DNA of 47,598 nt from positions 1 to 47,598 of the forward strand of contig JAAZYT010000173.1 in NCBI GenBank assembly GCA_014239505.1, given 5' to 3'. Every line of letters starts with the position of its first letter. The first letter of the stretch is position 1. Shown here in pieces: positions 1-9,232 of the stretch. The stretch comes from Fidelibacterota bacterium (lineage in GTDB: Bacteria; Fidelibacterota; Marinisomatia; Marinisomatales; TCS55). The notes beneath the pieces were generated by a model. The model saw only the letters and a program-made list of their open reading frames with translations, was not told where the DNA came from and searched no databases. The translations under genes were made by a program, and so were the position numbers.

Positions 1-1
1 C

Positions 2-160
2 CCTGAACATGTAAAAAATGGTGAATATTGGACACAGACAAAATTGGTGATGAAAAATTTAAAAAATGGGCACAGAACAGAATTAGAAATAATTAAAGTT
101 ATCTATGATCAAGGACTTAAAGATAATGTATTTACAGAAAGCTATTTAAAACGAAAATAA
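2..160 (+). CDS. 3' fragment of a CDS that starts before the window; tentatively a LolA-like outer-membrane lipoprotein-sorting protein
   Basis: Frame 2 is open from the window edge to TAA at 158-160. It translates to PEHVKNGEYWTQTKLVMKNLKNGHRTELEIIKVIYDQGLKDNVFTESYLKRK. The family assignment rests only on my recollection of LolA_like C-termini (...T.L......D..FT...L.R). Confidence 0.3.
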   Translation, partial: PEHVKNGEYWTQTKLVMKNLKNGHRTELEIIKVIYDQGLKDNVFTESYLKRK

Positions 161-173
161 TTTTTCTTTCTGT

Positions 174-1103
174 CTAAAAATTGAATTCAAAATTTACTAC
201 AAATTGGGTTTCATTATCCGATTTACGATAATTTGGTGCGATACTTAATCCTTTTCCAGGATTATATTCAATTCCAGTAATTAAATATATTTTATTTTCA
301 TCAGTTTCTTTGGTATTTAAAGAAACAATATCATATTTAAAAAAGATTGCTAAATTTGATTTAGATTGATAATTAGCATATAATGATTTGATCTTTTCAG
401 TAATATCTTTTCCATTATCATTTCTCTGATTCCACTCTATCCCAGTACGAAACGCATTAATGGCATATCCAGCAAATATACCAATAATAGAATTATTTTT
501 TACAGTTAATGAATCAAAATCATAATTTTCAGTAGAATAAATACCACCAATATTCAGACCATCTTTTTTATTTAATTTTTGCTCTCCATAAACAGTAAGA
601 AAAGAGATTTTCTTATGATCATCATCTTCTGCTTTTTTATAACCAGTTCCATTAGTCACCATTGCACTAATGCCTAGTTTATTTATTGATTTGTAATAAC
701 CAAGACCTGTACCAGCAGAACTTGAAAATTTGAACTGATCTAAAGTTGCTTTTTCTATATATCTTTTTCCCCAATTATTTTCTTGTACTTTAAGAATATG
801 CATTCCCTGCATACCAATTACAAATTTTCCATAATTAGTTAGCCAATCAACTTTAGCATTTTTAATATATAAATTTTGAGGTGATGATTTATAATCAACA
901 TCAGCTTGAAATTTGTAGGTAATATTATCTGATAATTTATTTGTTACAGTTAAATAAGCTCGTTTTAACCCAAAGCTAGAAATTGAATTATTGTTATTAG
1001 GATGAGAATAATCATAGAAAATTTTTCCAGAAATTTCTTGAGAAAATGTATCAGATATAAATGTTATTAGAATAATTAAACTATAAATGTAATTATTGAT
1101 AAT
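174..1103 (-). CDS. Outer-membrane beta-barrel porin, possibly phosphate-selective; the 5' end is uncertain
   Basis: The ATG-limited ORF is 174..812. The frame stays open upstream to 1118 (in-frame TAA at 1119-1121) and encodes a signal-like YIYSLIILITFISDTFSQE segment. The C-terminus ...VVNFEFNF ends in Phe, as in beta-barrel OMPs. The gene lies directly downstream of the PhoU and Na/Pi genes. No ATG/GTG/TTG exists in the extension. Confidence 0.55.
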   Translation of the reverse strand: MINNYIYSLIILITFISDTFSQEISGKIFYDYSHPNNNNSISSFGLKRAYLTVTNKLSDNITYKFQADVDYKSSPQNLYIKNAKVDWLTNYGKFVIGMQGMHILKVQENNWGKRYIEKATLDQFKFSSSAGTGLGYYKSINKLGISAMVTNGTGYKKAEDDDHKKISFLTVYGEQKLNKKDGLNIGGIYSTENYDFDSLTVKNNSIIGIFAGYAINAFRTGIEWNQRNDNGKDITEKIKSLYANYQSKSNLAIFFKYDIVSLNTKETDENKIYLITGIEYNPGKGLSIAPNYRKSDNETQFVVNFEFNF

Positions 1104-1121
1104 TCCCCCTCTAATAAATTA

Positions 1122-1796
1122 CTATTTTTTATATCCAATTGAATCGAATGGATTTACTATTGTTGTAGTTATATTTTTTAAATGAGCGCCAATTCTTTTT
1201 AAGTAACGAGCATAAAGAGAAATTGAAGCAGATTTTGAGATTGAACCAAATTCTAATTTTCCACTAATAATAGCATTTACAATTTCATCTGATTTTTGGG
1301 CCATATTTTCTTTGTACCCTTTCATTAGAGAATTTGCCAGGTCCGAATCTTGAGTATGAATAGCTTCCAATGTTTTATCAAAACGTAGTTTGACTTCATT
1401 CTCGATTAAGGCGAGATCTTCGCTAATTTCTTCTGATATTATTTTATCTGAGTAGTTAATTGCTAAATCAAGAATATTTTTGGAATAATCTCCAATTCGT
1501 TCAATATCAACTACCATATTTATTAGTATTAAACCATTTGCCATATCGGATGTTTTTTGTTCAACTGAATAATGAGTTAAAACTTTTCTTCGAACTTCTT
1601 GTTGAAAAGCATTTATCTCACGATCACGTTTTTTAAGTGCTTTGAGTGTCTCAATATTTTCGCCATTACGGAGATATTTAATTGCTTGACTAAAAATTTC
1701 TCGTGAAAGTTCCATCATTTCATAGGAACGGTTCCATGCTTGGGAAAGAAGATCTTCAGCTTTCCATAAATTGACAACATCTTTAATTATAGTCAT
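1122..1796 (-). CDS. PhoU-domain phosphate regulatory protein (two PhoU repeats)
   Basis: 224 aa with a DIERIGDYSKNI-type motif and a second helical repeat. It starts 4 nt after the Na/Pi cotransporter gene. Confidence 0.85.
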   Translation of the reverse strand: MTIIKDVVNLWKAEDLLSQAWNRSYEMMELSREIFSQAIKYLRNGENIETLKALKKRDREINAFQQEVRRKVLTHYSVEQKTSDMANGLILINMVVDIERIGDYSKNILDLAINYSDKIISEEISEDLALIENEVKLRFDKTLEAIHTQDSDLANSLMKGYKENMAQKSDEIVNAIISGKLEFGSISKSASISLYARYLKRIGAHLKNITTTIVNPFDSIGYKK

Positions 1797-1800
1797 AATA

Positions 1801-2940
1801 TTACCTCACGATGAAAATTAGTGATAAGGGGATTAAGAAGAAAACAACAAGTATATAAACAATAGGAATGATACGGTTTACAATTGCTAGTTCAGCAAAC
1901 CATTCTGCTAATTGAATTGGTATATTTCTAATTTTTTCTATTGGCCAGATTAAAGAAATACCAAAAACATTAAAAGCTAAATGGCCAAATGCTACAGCTA
2001 ATGGTGCATGCGTACCTGAAACTAAACTTGCTAGTAGGGCAGTAATAGTTGTTCCAATGTTAGCACCGAGTGTATAAGGAAATATTTGTCGTAATTGTAA
2101 AATTCCAGCTCCAGCTAATGGAATAACAAGCGAAGTTGTTATAGAACTACTTTGCACAAGAATTGTTATGAAGACACCAAAAAACATTGCCCGTATCCAG
2201 GTTTTAAAAATATGTGTATCAAAGAATGCTTCTAACTTTTCCATTACTAGACTGCGAATCAATACAGTAAGGTATTTTAGTGAAATAAATAATAGTATTA
2301 AGGCTACTATTATTAATAGCCAGTTATAATTAACTACATCTTGCATTTTGAAGATATCTTTAATTGCAGTAACCGTGGGTTTGGTAATCATTTTTATTGG
2401 ACTTTTAAATGTGAATGTTCCAGCACCCATAAATAAGCTTGCCATCCAATTAGCCGTTTTACTAATTATTCCAAAATAAAGTTGTAGCGGAAATAGTATG
2501 ATAACGGATAAAACATTAAAAAAATCATGAACAATAGATGCTGAAAAAGCGCGTTTAAATTCGTTTTTATTAACTATATGCCCAAGTGCAACAATAGTAT
2601 TTGTGACGCTTGTACCAATATTGGCACCCATTATGTATGGTATTGCAGCAGTTACTGCTAAAATAGGATCATTACCAAAGGTCCCAGCAGCTACCATTCC
2701 TACAACTAGTGAAGTAGTGGTGGATGAACTCTGAATTAGACTGGTTGCTAAAATACCAATAAATAAACCAATTAAGGGTGCAGCAGAACTTGATAAAAGT
2801 TGTTCAGCAAAACCTCGGCCTAGTCCTTTAAAGCCTAACCCTATCATTCCTATGCTGACAAGGAACATATATAAAATAGATAGTATTGCTACTACTTTTA
2901 AAGTATTTAAAAGTCTAGAACTACTTAGAATTTTATTCAA
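1801..2940 (-). CDS. Na+/phosphate cotransporter family protein (NptA / YjbB membrane domain)
   Basis: Polytopic membrane protein with a duplicated QSSSTTTSLVVGMV / QSSSITTSLVIPLAGAG signature, typical of Na_Pi_cotrans repeats. Confidence 0.85.
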   Translation of the reverse strand: MNKILSSSRLLNTLKVVAILSILYMFLVSIGMIGLGFKGLGRGFAEQLLSSSAAPLIGLFIGILATSLIQSSSTTTSLVVGMVAAGTFGNDPILAVTAAIPYIMGANIGTSVTNTIVALGHIVNKNEFKRAFSASIVHDFFNVLSVIILFPLQLYFGIISKTANWMASLFMGAGTFTFKSPIKMITKPTVTAIKDIFKMQDVVNYNWLLIIVALILLFISLKYLTVLIRSLVMEKLEAFFDTHIFKTWIRAMFFGVFITILVQSSSITTSLVIPLAGAGILQLRQIFPYTLGANIGTTITALLASLVSGTHAPLAVAFGHLAFNVFGISLIWPIEKIRNIPIQLAEWFAELAIVNRIIPIVYILVVFFLIPLSLIFIVR

Positions 2941-3017
2941 TTCTATTCCTTAAATAAATAATTAGCTCAATAACAGTAAATAAAATTAGTTATTAAATTA
3001 TTTACAATAAAACTGTT

Positions 3018-5366
3018 TTAGTTACGCAAAGGCTTACCTTTTTTTAGCATAAATTTAATTCGATCTTGAGATAATCTTTCACCTGCTAATGAAACAAATG
3101 CTTCTCTTTCGATATCCAGTACATATTGCTCATCCACTGATTTAGTAAGTCCAGCTTTATCACCACCAGTAAGAACAAATGCTAATTTTTTTGCAATAAA
3201 TTCATCATGTGCTGATAATTTACCTTGGGCTTTAAATCCTTTTATTGCCATGGCCATTGCTGTGCGTCCACCTGACCCAGGCAACTTTAAATCATCACGG
3301 TATGTTGGTGGTTCATATCCATTATTGATTAATTCTAGGGCTTTTTGCTTTGCCATCCAAATACGATGATCATTGTTTAATATAATTGTATCTGTTTTTA
3401 AAAGATAGCCTAAAAATTTAGCTTCTTCGCCACTAGTAGCAACTTTGGCAAACCCAATAGTTTCGAAAGCTTTTTGTGCTACTTGAAAAGAATTCATTCT
3501 ACCGCTACCACTATTTTCCATTAAATTTAGAATCATACGTAAGTTTCCACCAGCTCCTGGAATCAAACCTACTCCAACTTCAACGAGTCCGACATAGAGT
3601 TCTCCCGCAGCTACGCGATGTGCTGCTGGACCTATTAATTCAAACCCTCCACCTAAAGCGAGATGATGAGGAGCTGCTATAATGGGTGCTTTTGAAAATC
3701 GAATCCGTTGTGTTAGATCTTGTATTTGTTTAACTGCTTTTTCTAGTTTGTCATATTCACTTGCTTCACAGACTTGAATCATGCTTGCTAGATTCGCACC
3801 AGCACAAAAATTAGGTCCCTGATGGCCAACAACCATGGCTTTATATTTTCCAGCATCAAGAAGATCAACACCATCACTTATCGTTTGGGCGAGTGAACCA
3901 TCAATTGGATTTAATGTGGGTTGCAAAACGGAATGGAATTGAACGTTTAACACCCCATCACCTAAGTCAATAAGGCTCGCACTCCAATCTTTTTTAATTA
4001 CGTTTCCACCCGTTTTATGAATATTGAGATTGATTGCTTTTTCATTTCGTTTTTGTATCTTCATAGATGATGATTTAATATCAAAATAATTCAATTGCCC
4101 ATCTTTCATTTGATAAAAATTAGAATGACCTGAAGCCAGCATCTCTTTTACCCATTTAGGAACCTTTTTCTCATCTGCTTCCATTTTTAAGACAGATTCA
4201 GAAACACCTATTGCATCCCAAACTTCAAAAGGGCCCATGTCCCACCCAAATCCCCATTTCATCGCATTATCAATATTGATAATGTCATCACTAATTTCAG
4301 GAATTCGATTGGCTGAATAGATTAAAGATTTAGAAAGGACTTCCCAGAAAAATTTTCCACCTTTATCATCGCTATAAGCCATCGCTTTAATTTTTTCACC
4401 TGGTGATTGCCTATCTTTAGCCAAACGGAATCCATCAAAACGCACTTTTTTTTGTGGTCCGTATTCTCCTGTTTTTAAATCAAGAGAAAGAATTCCATCA
4501 TCTGTCTTTTTGTAAAAACCAGCTTTTGTCTTAGCACCAAGATTCCCATCGTCTACAAGTTTTTGCAGAAAATCAGGAATTTTAAATTGATCTCTTTCTT
4601 CATCATCATCAAGGTTATTATAAGAAGTATTGGATACATTAATCATAGTATCTAACCCAACAACATCAGCTGTTCTAAATGTGGCGCTTTTTGGGCGTCC
4701 AACAACTGTTCCAGTAAGTTTGTCTACCTCTTCAACGGTTAATCCATGCTCAATTGCAGTATTCATAGTTACAGCCATACCATAGACGCCAATTCTATTG
4801 CCAATGAAGTTAGGTGTATCTTTAGCATGGACGATTCCTTTACCAAGTACATCTTCACCTAATCTAGCAATTTCATCATAGACACTATTATCTGTATTAG
4901 GACCTTTTACCAATTCTAATAGGTGCATATAACGAGGTGGATTAAAAAAGTGAGTAATCATAAATCGTTTTTTAAGGTTGTCAGATAGAACTTTAGTGAG
5001 GTCTTCCAATGGAATACCAGAGGTATTAGAAGTAAGTATAACGGATTCTTTCAAATGAGGAACAATATTATTGTACACCGCATGTTTTATATCTAAGCGC
5101 TCTGCCACTGCTTCAATAACTAGATCAACATCCTTTAGTTTTTCAACATGATCATCATAATTGCATGCTGATACTAATTCAGCATTTTTTGGTTTATATA
5201 AAGGAGCAGGTTTTTGCTTGGTAAGGCCATCAACTCCTTTTTGTGCTAGTTCTTGATTTATATCAAAAAGCAGAGCAGTTATTCCCGCATTAGCAAAATG
5301 TCCAGCAATTTGAGCACCCATAACACCGGCACCAAGGACAGCTATTTTTTCAAAATTATTACTCAT
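3018..5366 (-). CDS. Bifunctional 3-hydroxyacyl-CoA dehydrogenase / enoyl-CoA hydratase (FadN-type order: HADH N-terminal, crotonase C-terminal)
   Basis: N-terminal Rossmann motif IAVLGAGVMGAQIAGHFANAG. The C-terminal crotonase fold contains FCAGANL. 782 aa. Confidence 0.9.
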   Translation of the reverse strand: MSNNFEKIAVLGAGVMGAQIAGHFANAGITALLFDINQELAQKGVDGLTKQKPAPLYKPKNAELVSACNYDDHVEKLKDVDLVIEAVAERLDIKHAVYNNIVPHLKESVILTSNTSGIPLEDLTKVLSDNLKKRFMITHFFNPPRYMHLLELVKGPNTDNSVYDEIARLGEDVLGKGIVHAKDTPNFIGNRIGVYGMAVTMNTAIEHGLTVEEVDKLTGTVVGRPKSATFRTADVVGLDTMINVSNTSYNNLDDDEERDQFKIPDFLQKLVDDGNLGAKTKAGFYKKTDDGILSLDLKTGEYGPQKKVRFDGFRLAKDRQSPGEKIKAMAYSDDKGGKFFWEVLSKSLIYSANRIPEISDDIINIDNAMKWGFGWDMGPFEVWDAIGVSESVLKMEADEKKVPKWVKEMLASGHSNFYQMKDGQLNYFDIKSSSMKIQKRNEKAINLNIHKTGGNVIKKDWSASLIDLGDGVLNVQFHSVLQPTLNPIDGSLAQTISDGVDLLDAGKYKAMVVGHQGPNFCAGANLASMIQVCEASEYDKLEKAVKQIQDLTQRIRFSKAPIIAAPHHLALGGGFELIGPAAHRVAAGELYVGLVEVGVGLIPGAGGNLRMILNLMENSGSGRMNSFQVAQKAFETIGFAKVATSGEEAKFLGYLLKTDTIILNNDHRIWMAKQKALELINNGYEPPTYRDDLKLPGSGGRTAMAMAIKGFKAQGKLSAHDEFIAKKLAFVLTGGDKAGLTKSVDEQYVLDIEREAFVSLAGERLSQDRIKFMLKKGKPLRN

Positions 5367-5466
5367 AATATCCTCAAAATTCTAGTTTATTAAATTGGGT
5401 CATAAAATAATTCATGGCAAACGCTTATGCTTTAGTTCTAGTATTATTTAGTCTACTCAATATGTC

Positions 5467-6600
5467 TTATCTTTTAATGATCGTGGAAATACCCTGACCA
5501 GTTCCGATACACATGGTTGCCAGTCCAAGGTGTTTTTCATTTTGTTCCATTACATTAATCAGTGTGCCAATGATTCGAGCACCAGAGCATCCAAGAGGGT
5601 GGCCGAGTGCAATTGCACCACCATTAAGATTTATTTTACTAGAATCCCAACCCCCTTCATTGATTACATAAAGAGATTGCGCAGCAAAAGCCTCATTTAG
5701 TTCAATGATATCAATATCATCCATAGTAAGGTCAGCTTTTTTTAATGCTTTTTCAGTAGCAGGGAGTGGTCCCATACCCATGCGTGTCCAGTCCACACCT
5801 GCAACAGCTCGAGAAACAATTTCTGCTCGAATGGTAAGTCCATTTTCTTTGGCAAAAGATTCAGACGTTATCAGTAAAGCAGCGGCGCCTAATGAAAAAG
5901 GGCTACTTGTTGCAGCAGTCACGGAACCGCCTTCAACAAAAGCAGGATTTAAACTTTTGATTTTTTCTTCATCGGGTTCACGAGGGCCTTCATCTTTAGA
6001 AACTGTAACTTCACCATACATATCAATTGGTATTACTTCATTATCGAAATTACCGGCTTCCCAAGCCGCTAAGGCTTTTTTATGAGAATTCATTGCAAAA
6101 TCCTCTTGAGCTTCTCTTGAAATATTTCCATCATTTGCTAAGTTTTCAGCTGTTTCTCCCATACCTATATAATATTCTTGTTCAGCAAGCTCAGGATGAA
6201 AGTCAGGCGCAAAGCCTCCAGGTGGAATAGAGAACATATCCTCGATACCAGCAGCAATGCCTACTTCAATATCACCACTTTCAATTGCGGTACTCACTTG
6301 ATGTAATGCATCCATCGCTGATCCACAAAAGCGATTTACTACTTTCGCTGGAACTGTTTGAGGTAAACCTGCAAGGGCAACAACAGAACGTCCGATGAGC
6401 ATTCCTTGAGGACCTTCAGGAAATGCGCAACCCATAACTAAATCTTCAACTTGGTCTGAGGTTACTTTGTTATTTCGCTCCATAAGACCTTTGACCACTT
6501 GAGCGGCTAAATCGTCAGGACGAATCCCGACCATTTCTCCATTTTTTATTCCTATTGGTGATCTCGTAGCATCAATAATTACAGCTTTGTTTTCCATCAT
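5467..6600 (-). CDS. Acetyl-CoA C-acyltransferase (3-ketoacyl-CoA thiolase)
   Basis: Thiolase signatures NRFCGSAMDA (active-site Cys), NGGAIALGHPLGCSGARI and CIGTGQG. Confidence 0.9.
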   Translation of the reverse strand: MMENKAVIIDATRSPIGIKNGEMVGIRPDDLAAQVVKGLMERNNKVTSDQVEDLVMGCAFPEGPQGMLIGRSVVALAGLPQTVPAKVVNRFCGSAMDALHQVSTAIESGDIEVGIAAGIEDMFSIPPGGFAPDFHPELAEQEYYIGMGETAENLANDGNISREAQEDFAMNSHKKALAAWEAGNFDNEVIPIDMYGEVTVSKDEGPREPDEEKIKSLNPAFVEGGSVTAATSSPFSLGAAALLITSESFAKENGLTIRAEIVSRAVAGVDWTRMGMGPLPATEKALKKADLTMDDIDIIELNEAFAAQSLYVINEGGWDSSKINLNGGAIALGHPLGCSGARIIGTLINVMEQNEKHLGLATMCIGTGQGISTIIKR

Positions 6601-6606
6601 TATCTC

Positions 6607-8388
6607 CTAATAAGGGTATTTGTTTTTTTCATAAACATGGTTGGCAATATTTCTTTTCAATCCAATAACATTGGTTGATAATCTCATCCGAGATTCAAAC
6701 TCATTAACTTTTTGATTTATTAGAGCCGAAGGTTCTCCATCAAAAATAGCGTTTATGGCCGTATGAAGTTGATTAATAAATCGATTGGTCATTTCAGCTG
6801 TGAAGACTTTAGCAATATCCACTACAGTTGGCTCTGGCGAGTTACTAACCATAATCTTTTGAGCTCTGACTACGGTGCTCTCTGCTGAGTAAATATCCAT
6901 AAAATTATCTGCAAATATTTCGGTTAGTTGTTGTTCATGCTTTAAATCTTGACCATATTTACATAAAGCTTCATTGAAAATGAAAAGCACAAACCGTTTT
7001 GCCATTTCTATAGTTTGGCATTCTTTGGATAATTTTTCATTATCAAGGTCTAATTCTCCATTAGACATAAAATTATCAATTTCACGTATAGCTTCTCGAA
7101 AAGGCAATTCTTCCATGAGAGCTTTTTTCATAATAAATCCTGCGATGATTTGACGATTAACTTCATTAGTGCCTTCCCATATTTGATTTATTCGGTCATC
7201 TCGGTATGCTCCTGCAAGTGGATACTCTTCTAAAAAGCCATAGCCACCAAGAATCTGTAGACCTTGATCAATAACATCATGACTAGTATCACTTCCATAT
7301 ACTTTTGCCATCGAGGTTTCAATCGCATACTTTTCCATAGCTTCACCCATTTGGATATAATAATTATCATCATTTATATCCAATTGATTAATCTCAGATT
7401 GAATAAGTCCCACTGTTCGATAAAGCATACTATCTGTTACAAAAGTACGAATGGTCATATCTGCAATTTTTTTTGTAATTGCATCTAGTTTTGAAATTGG
7501 TTGTCCAAATGCACGTCTTTCTTTAGCATAAGGTGTTACTCCATTGATAACCATTTTTGCGCCACCTAAACTAGAGGCACCAAGTTTCAATCGACCAATA
7601 TTCAAACAATTAAATGCAATATTAGCTCCTTCGCCGATTTTAAAGAGCAGATTATTAACGGGAACTTTAGCGTTTTCAAAAATAAGAGGAGTGGTAGAAG
7701 ATCCCTTCATTCCGAGTTTTTTTTCTTCTTGACCAATAGAAAACCCTTCAGTGTCTCTATCAATAACAAATGCGCTGAATTTGTCGCCATCTATTTGTGC
7801 AAAAACAGTATAGACATCAGCCCAGTTTCCATTAGTTATAAATATTTTTTCTCCATTTAATATATAATGTTCTCCATCTTTTGAAAGAACCGCGGTTGTT
7901 TTTCCATTAGTTGCATCAGAACCAGCAGATGGTTCTGTTAATCCATATGCACACAATATTTCACCCGTAACTATTTTTGGAAGATATTTTTGTTTCTGCT
8001 CTTCAGTCCCAAACCAAACAATGGGAAGGGAGCCAATCCCTGTTTGGACAGCCCATGTAACGGCAAACGATGGACATTGAACTAAAGACTCAGCTACAAT
8101 TATTGTAGTAATTTTATCTAGATTAATTCCACCATATGTTTCTGGAATATCAATCCCCAAAAGTCCTAGTTCGCCCATTTCTTTAATGAGAGATTTAACT
8201 AAAACCGGATTATACTTTTCTATATCCTCTTTTTGCACAAGTATTTTATCGCTATCAAATTCCATTACCATATTATAAATATCGGTATGTTCTTCAGTAA
8301 AGTCTTCCCTGGAATAAACTTTTGCCAATGAGATTGGCTCTAGCAAAAATTGACCTCCTGAATTTGATATTTTTTTTATTTTATTCAT
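6607..8388 (-). CDS. Long-form acyl-CoA dehydrogenase
   Basis: Contains GLTEPSAGSD and QILGGYGF motifs with an extended C-terminal helical domain. It is the first gene of the beta-oxidation operon, after the TetR gene. Confidence 0.9.
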   Translation of the reverse strand: MNKIKKISNSGGQFLLEPISLAKVYSREDFTEEHTDIYNMVMEFDSDKILVQKEDIEKYNPVLVKSLIKEMGELGLLGIDIPETYGGINLDKITTIIVAESLVQCPSFAVTWAVQTGIGSLPIVWFGTEEQKQKYLPKIVTGEILCAYGLTEPSAGSDATNGKTTAVLSKDGEHYILNGEKIFITNGNWADVYTVFAQIDGDKFSAFVIDRDTEGFSIGQEEKKLGMKGSSTTPLIFENAKVPVNNLLFKIGEGANIAFNCLNIGRLKLGASSLGGAKMVINGVTPYAKERRAFGQPISKLDAITKKIADMTIRTFVTDSMLYRTVGLIQSEINQLDINDDNYYIQMGEAMEKYAIETSMAKVYGSDTSHDVIDQGLQILGGYGFLEEYPLAGAYRDDRINQIWEGTNEVNRQIIAGFIMKKALMEELPFREAIREIDNFMSNGELDLDNEKLSKECQTIEMAKRFVLFIFNEALCKYGQDLKHEQQLTEIFADNFMDIYSAESTVVRAQKIMVSNSPEPTVVDIAKVFTAEMTNRFINQLHTAINAIFDGEPSALINQKVNEFESRMRLSTNVIGLKRNIANHVYEKNKYPY

Positions 8389-8399
8389 TATATGCCTTC

Positions 8400-8996
8400 T
8401 TATTTTTTTATCAATAAACCTGCAAGAATAAATTCTGTAATTGTTTCAATATAATCTCTTGCTTTAACACCATGTGGCTCGAAAAGAGTAAACCAATTAA
8501 TGGATTCTATGTTTAACATTATTGACATTGCAGTAATTCTTAAATGTACTTTTTTAAAATCACCATCTTTAACACCTTTGGAAATTATTTTTTCAAGAAC
8601 TTCAAGAAAGTGTGAATATACTTTTTGTAATTTTTTCTTAAAATCAGCATCCTGTTGAGCAATAGACCAAAACTCAGTTAATGCTTTAAATGGATCAGGA
8701 TCAGATTCATATTGATCAATAAAATAATTAAAAAGAGATTTTAATTGATGAGGGGCTGGTTTATTTGTTTCAGCTAAATGATTAATTGTAAAACTATATT
8801 TAGTGACCCAAAAGTTTACTAAATCTAAATATATTTCTTTTTTCGATTTATAATACCAGTAGAGTGCTCCTTTACTTAATTGTGATTCTTTCACAATATC
8901 ATCCATACGAGAATGCTCATATCCTTTATCTATGAGTACGCTTAAAGCCGCATGCAGTATTTGATCTTTTCTCTTATCTTGTTTCTCTTGATTCAT
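8400..8996 (-). CDS. TetR/AcrR family transcriptional regulator, likely the fatty-acid degradation repressor
   Basis: N-terminal HTH (RMDDIVKESQLSKGALYWYYKSKKEIY). It sits 11 nt upstream of the acyl-CoA dehydrogenase gene. Confidence 0.85.
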   Translation of the reverse strand: MNQEKQDKRKDQILHAALSVLIDKGYEHSRMDDIVKESQLSKGALYWYYKSKKEIYLDLVNFWVTKYSFTINHLAETNKPAPHQLKSLFNYFIDQYESDPDPFKALTEFWSIAQQDADFKKKLQKVYSHFLEVLEKIISKGVKDGDFKKVHLRITAMSIMLNIESINWFTLFEPHGVKARDYIETITEFILAGLLIKK

Positions 8997-9002
8997 TTAT
9001 AA

Positions 9003-9016
9003 ACCGACTGGTCGGT
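9003..9016. promoter_or_regulatory. Inverted repeat ACCGAC-TG-GTCGGT, a candidate TetR operator in the tetR-fad leader
   Basis: Perfect 6-bp arms with a 2-nt spacer. It is GC-rich against an AT-rich background and lies 7-20 nt upstream of the TetR start codon. Confidence 0.4.
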
Positions 9017-9065
9017 CTATTTTACATATATGTTGAAAATTAAGCAAATAATTATTAATTATTAT

Positions 9066-9117
9066 TTGTGTTATAGAAATATTTTATTTAATATTGTTAA
9101 TGAGAATTAGTCTCAAT
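9066..9117 (+). promoter_or_regulatory. Candidate promoter (TTGTGT-N17-TAATAT) followed by a Fur-type 19-bp box, AATGAGAATTAGTCTCAAT
   Basis: The box spans 9099-9117 and is a 9-1-9 imperfect palindrome (7-1-7 core TGAGAAT-T-AGTCTCA). It starts 5 nt after the -10-like hexamer. A near-identical copy lies upstream of the next iron gene. Confidence 0.5.
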
Positions 9118-9129
9118 ATCTATTCAAAG

Positions 9130-9206
9130 CGTGTAATACCTTTTGAAGCCTCTGGTGCCTCTATGGCAAACCTCTATTCCCAGAGGCTTTATAAGGAAAC
9201 GTGTAA
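9130..9206 (+). repeat. Hairpin element flanked by 7-bp direct repeats (CGTGTAA), located in the FTR1 leader
   Basis: Arms 9137-9155 and 9180-9198 pair, with a perfect core AAGCCTCTGG/CCAGAGGCTT, two mismatches and one G-U. The loop is 24 nt. CGTGTAA occurs at 9130-9136 and at 9200-9206. Confidence 0.5.
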
Positions 9207-9232
9207 GTATAAAAATATTATAAAGGTTAATA

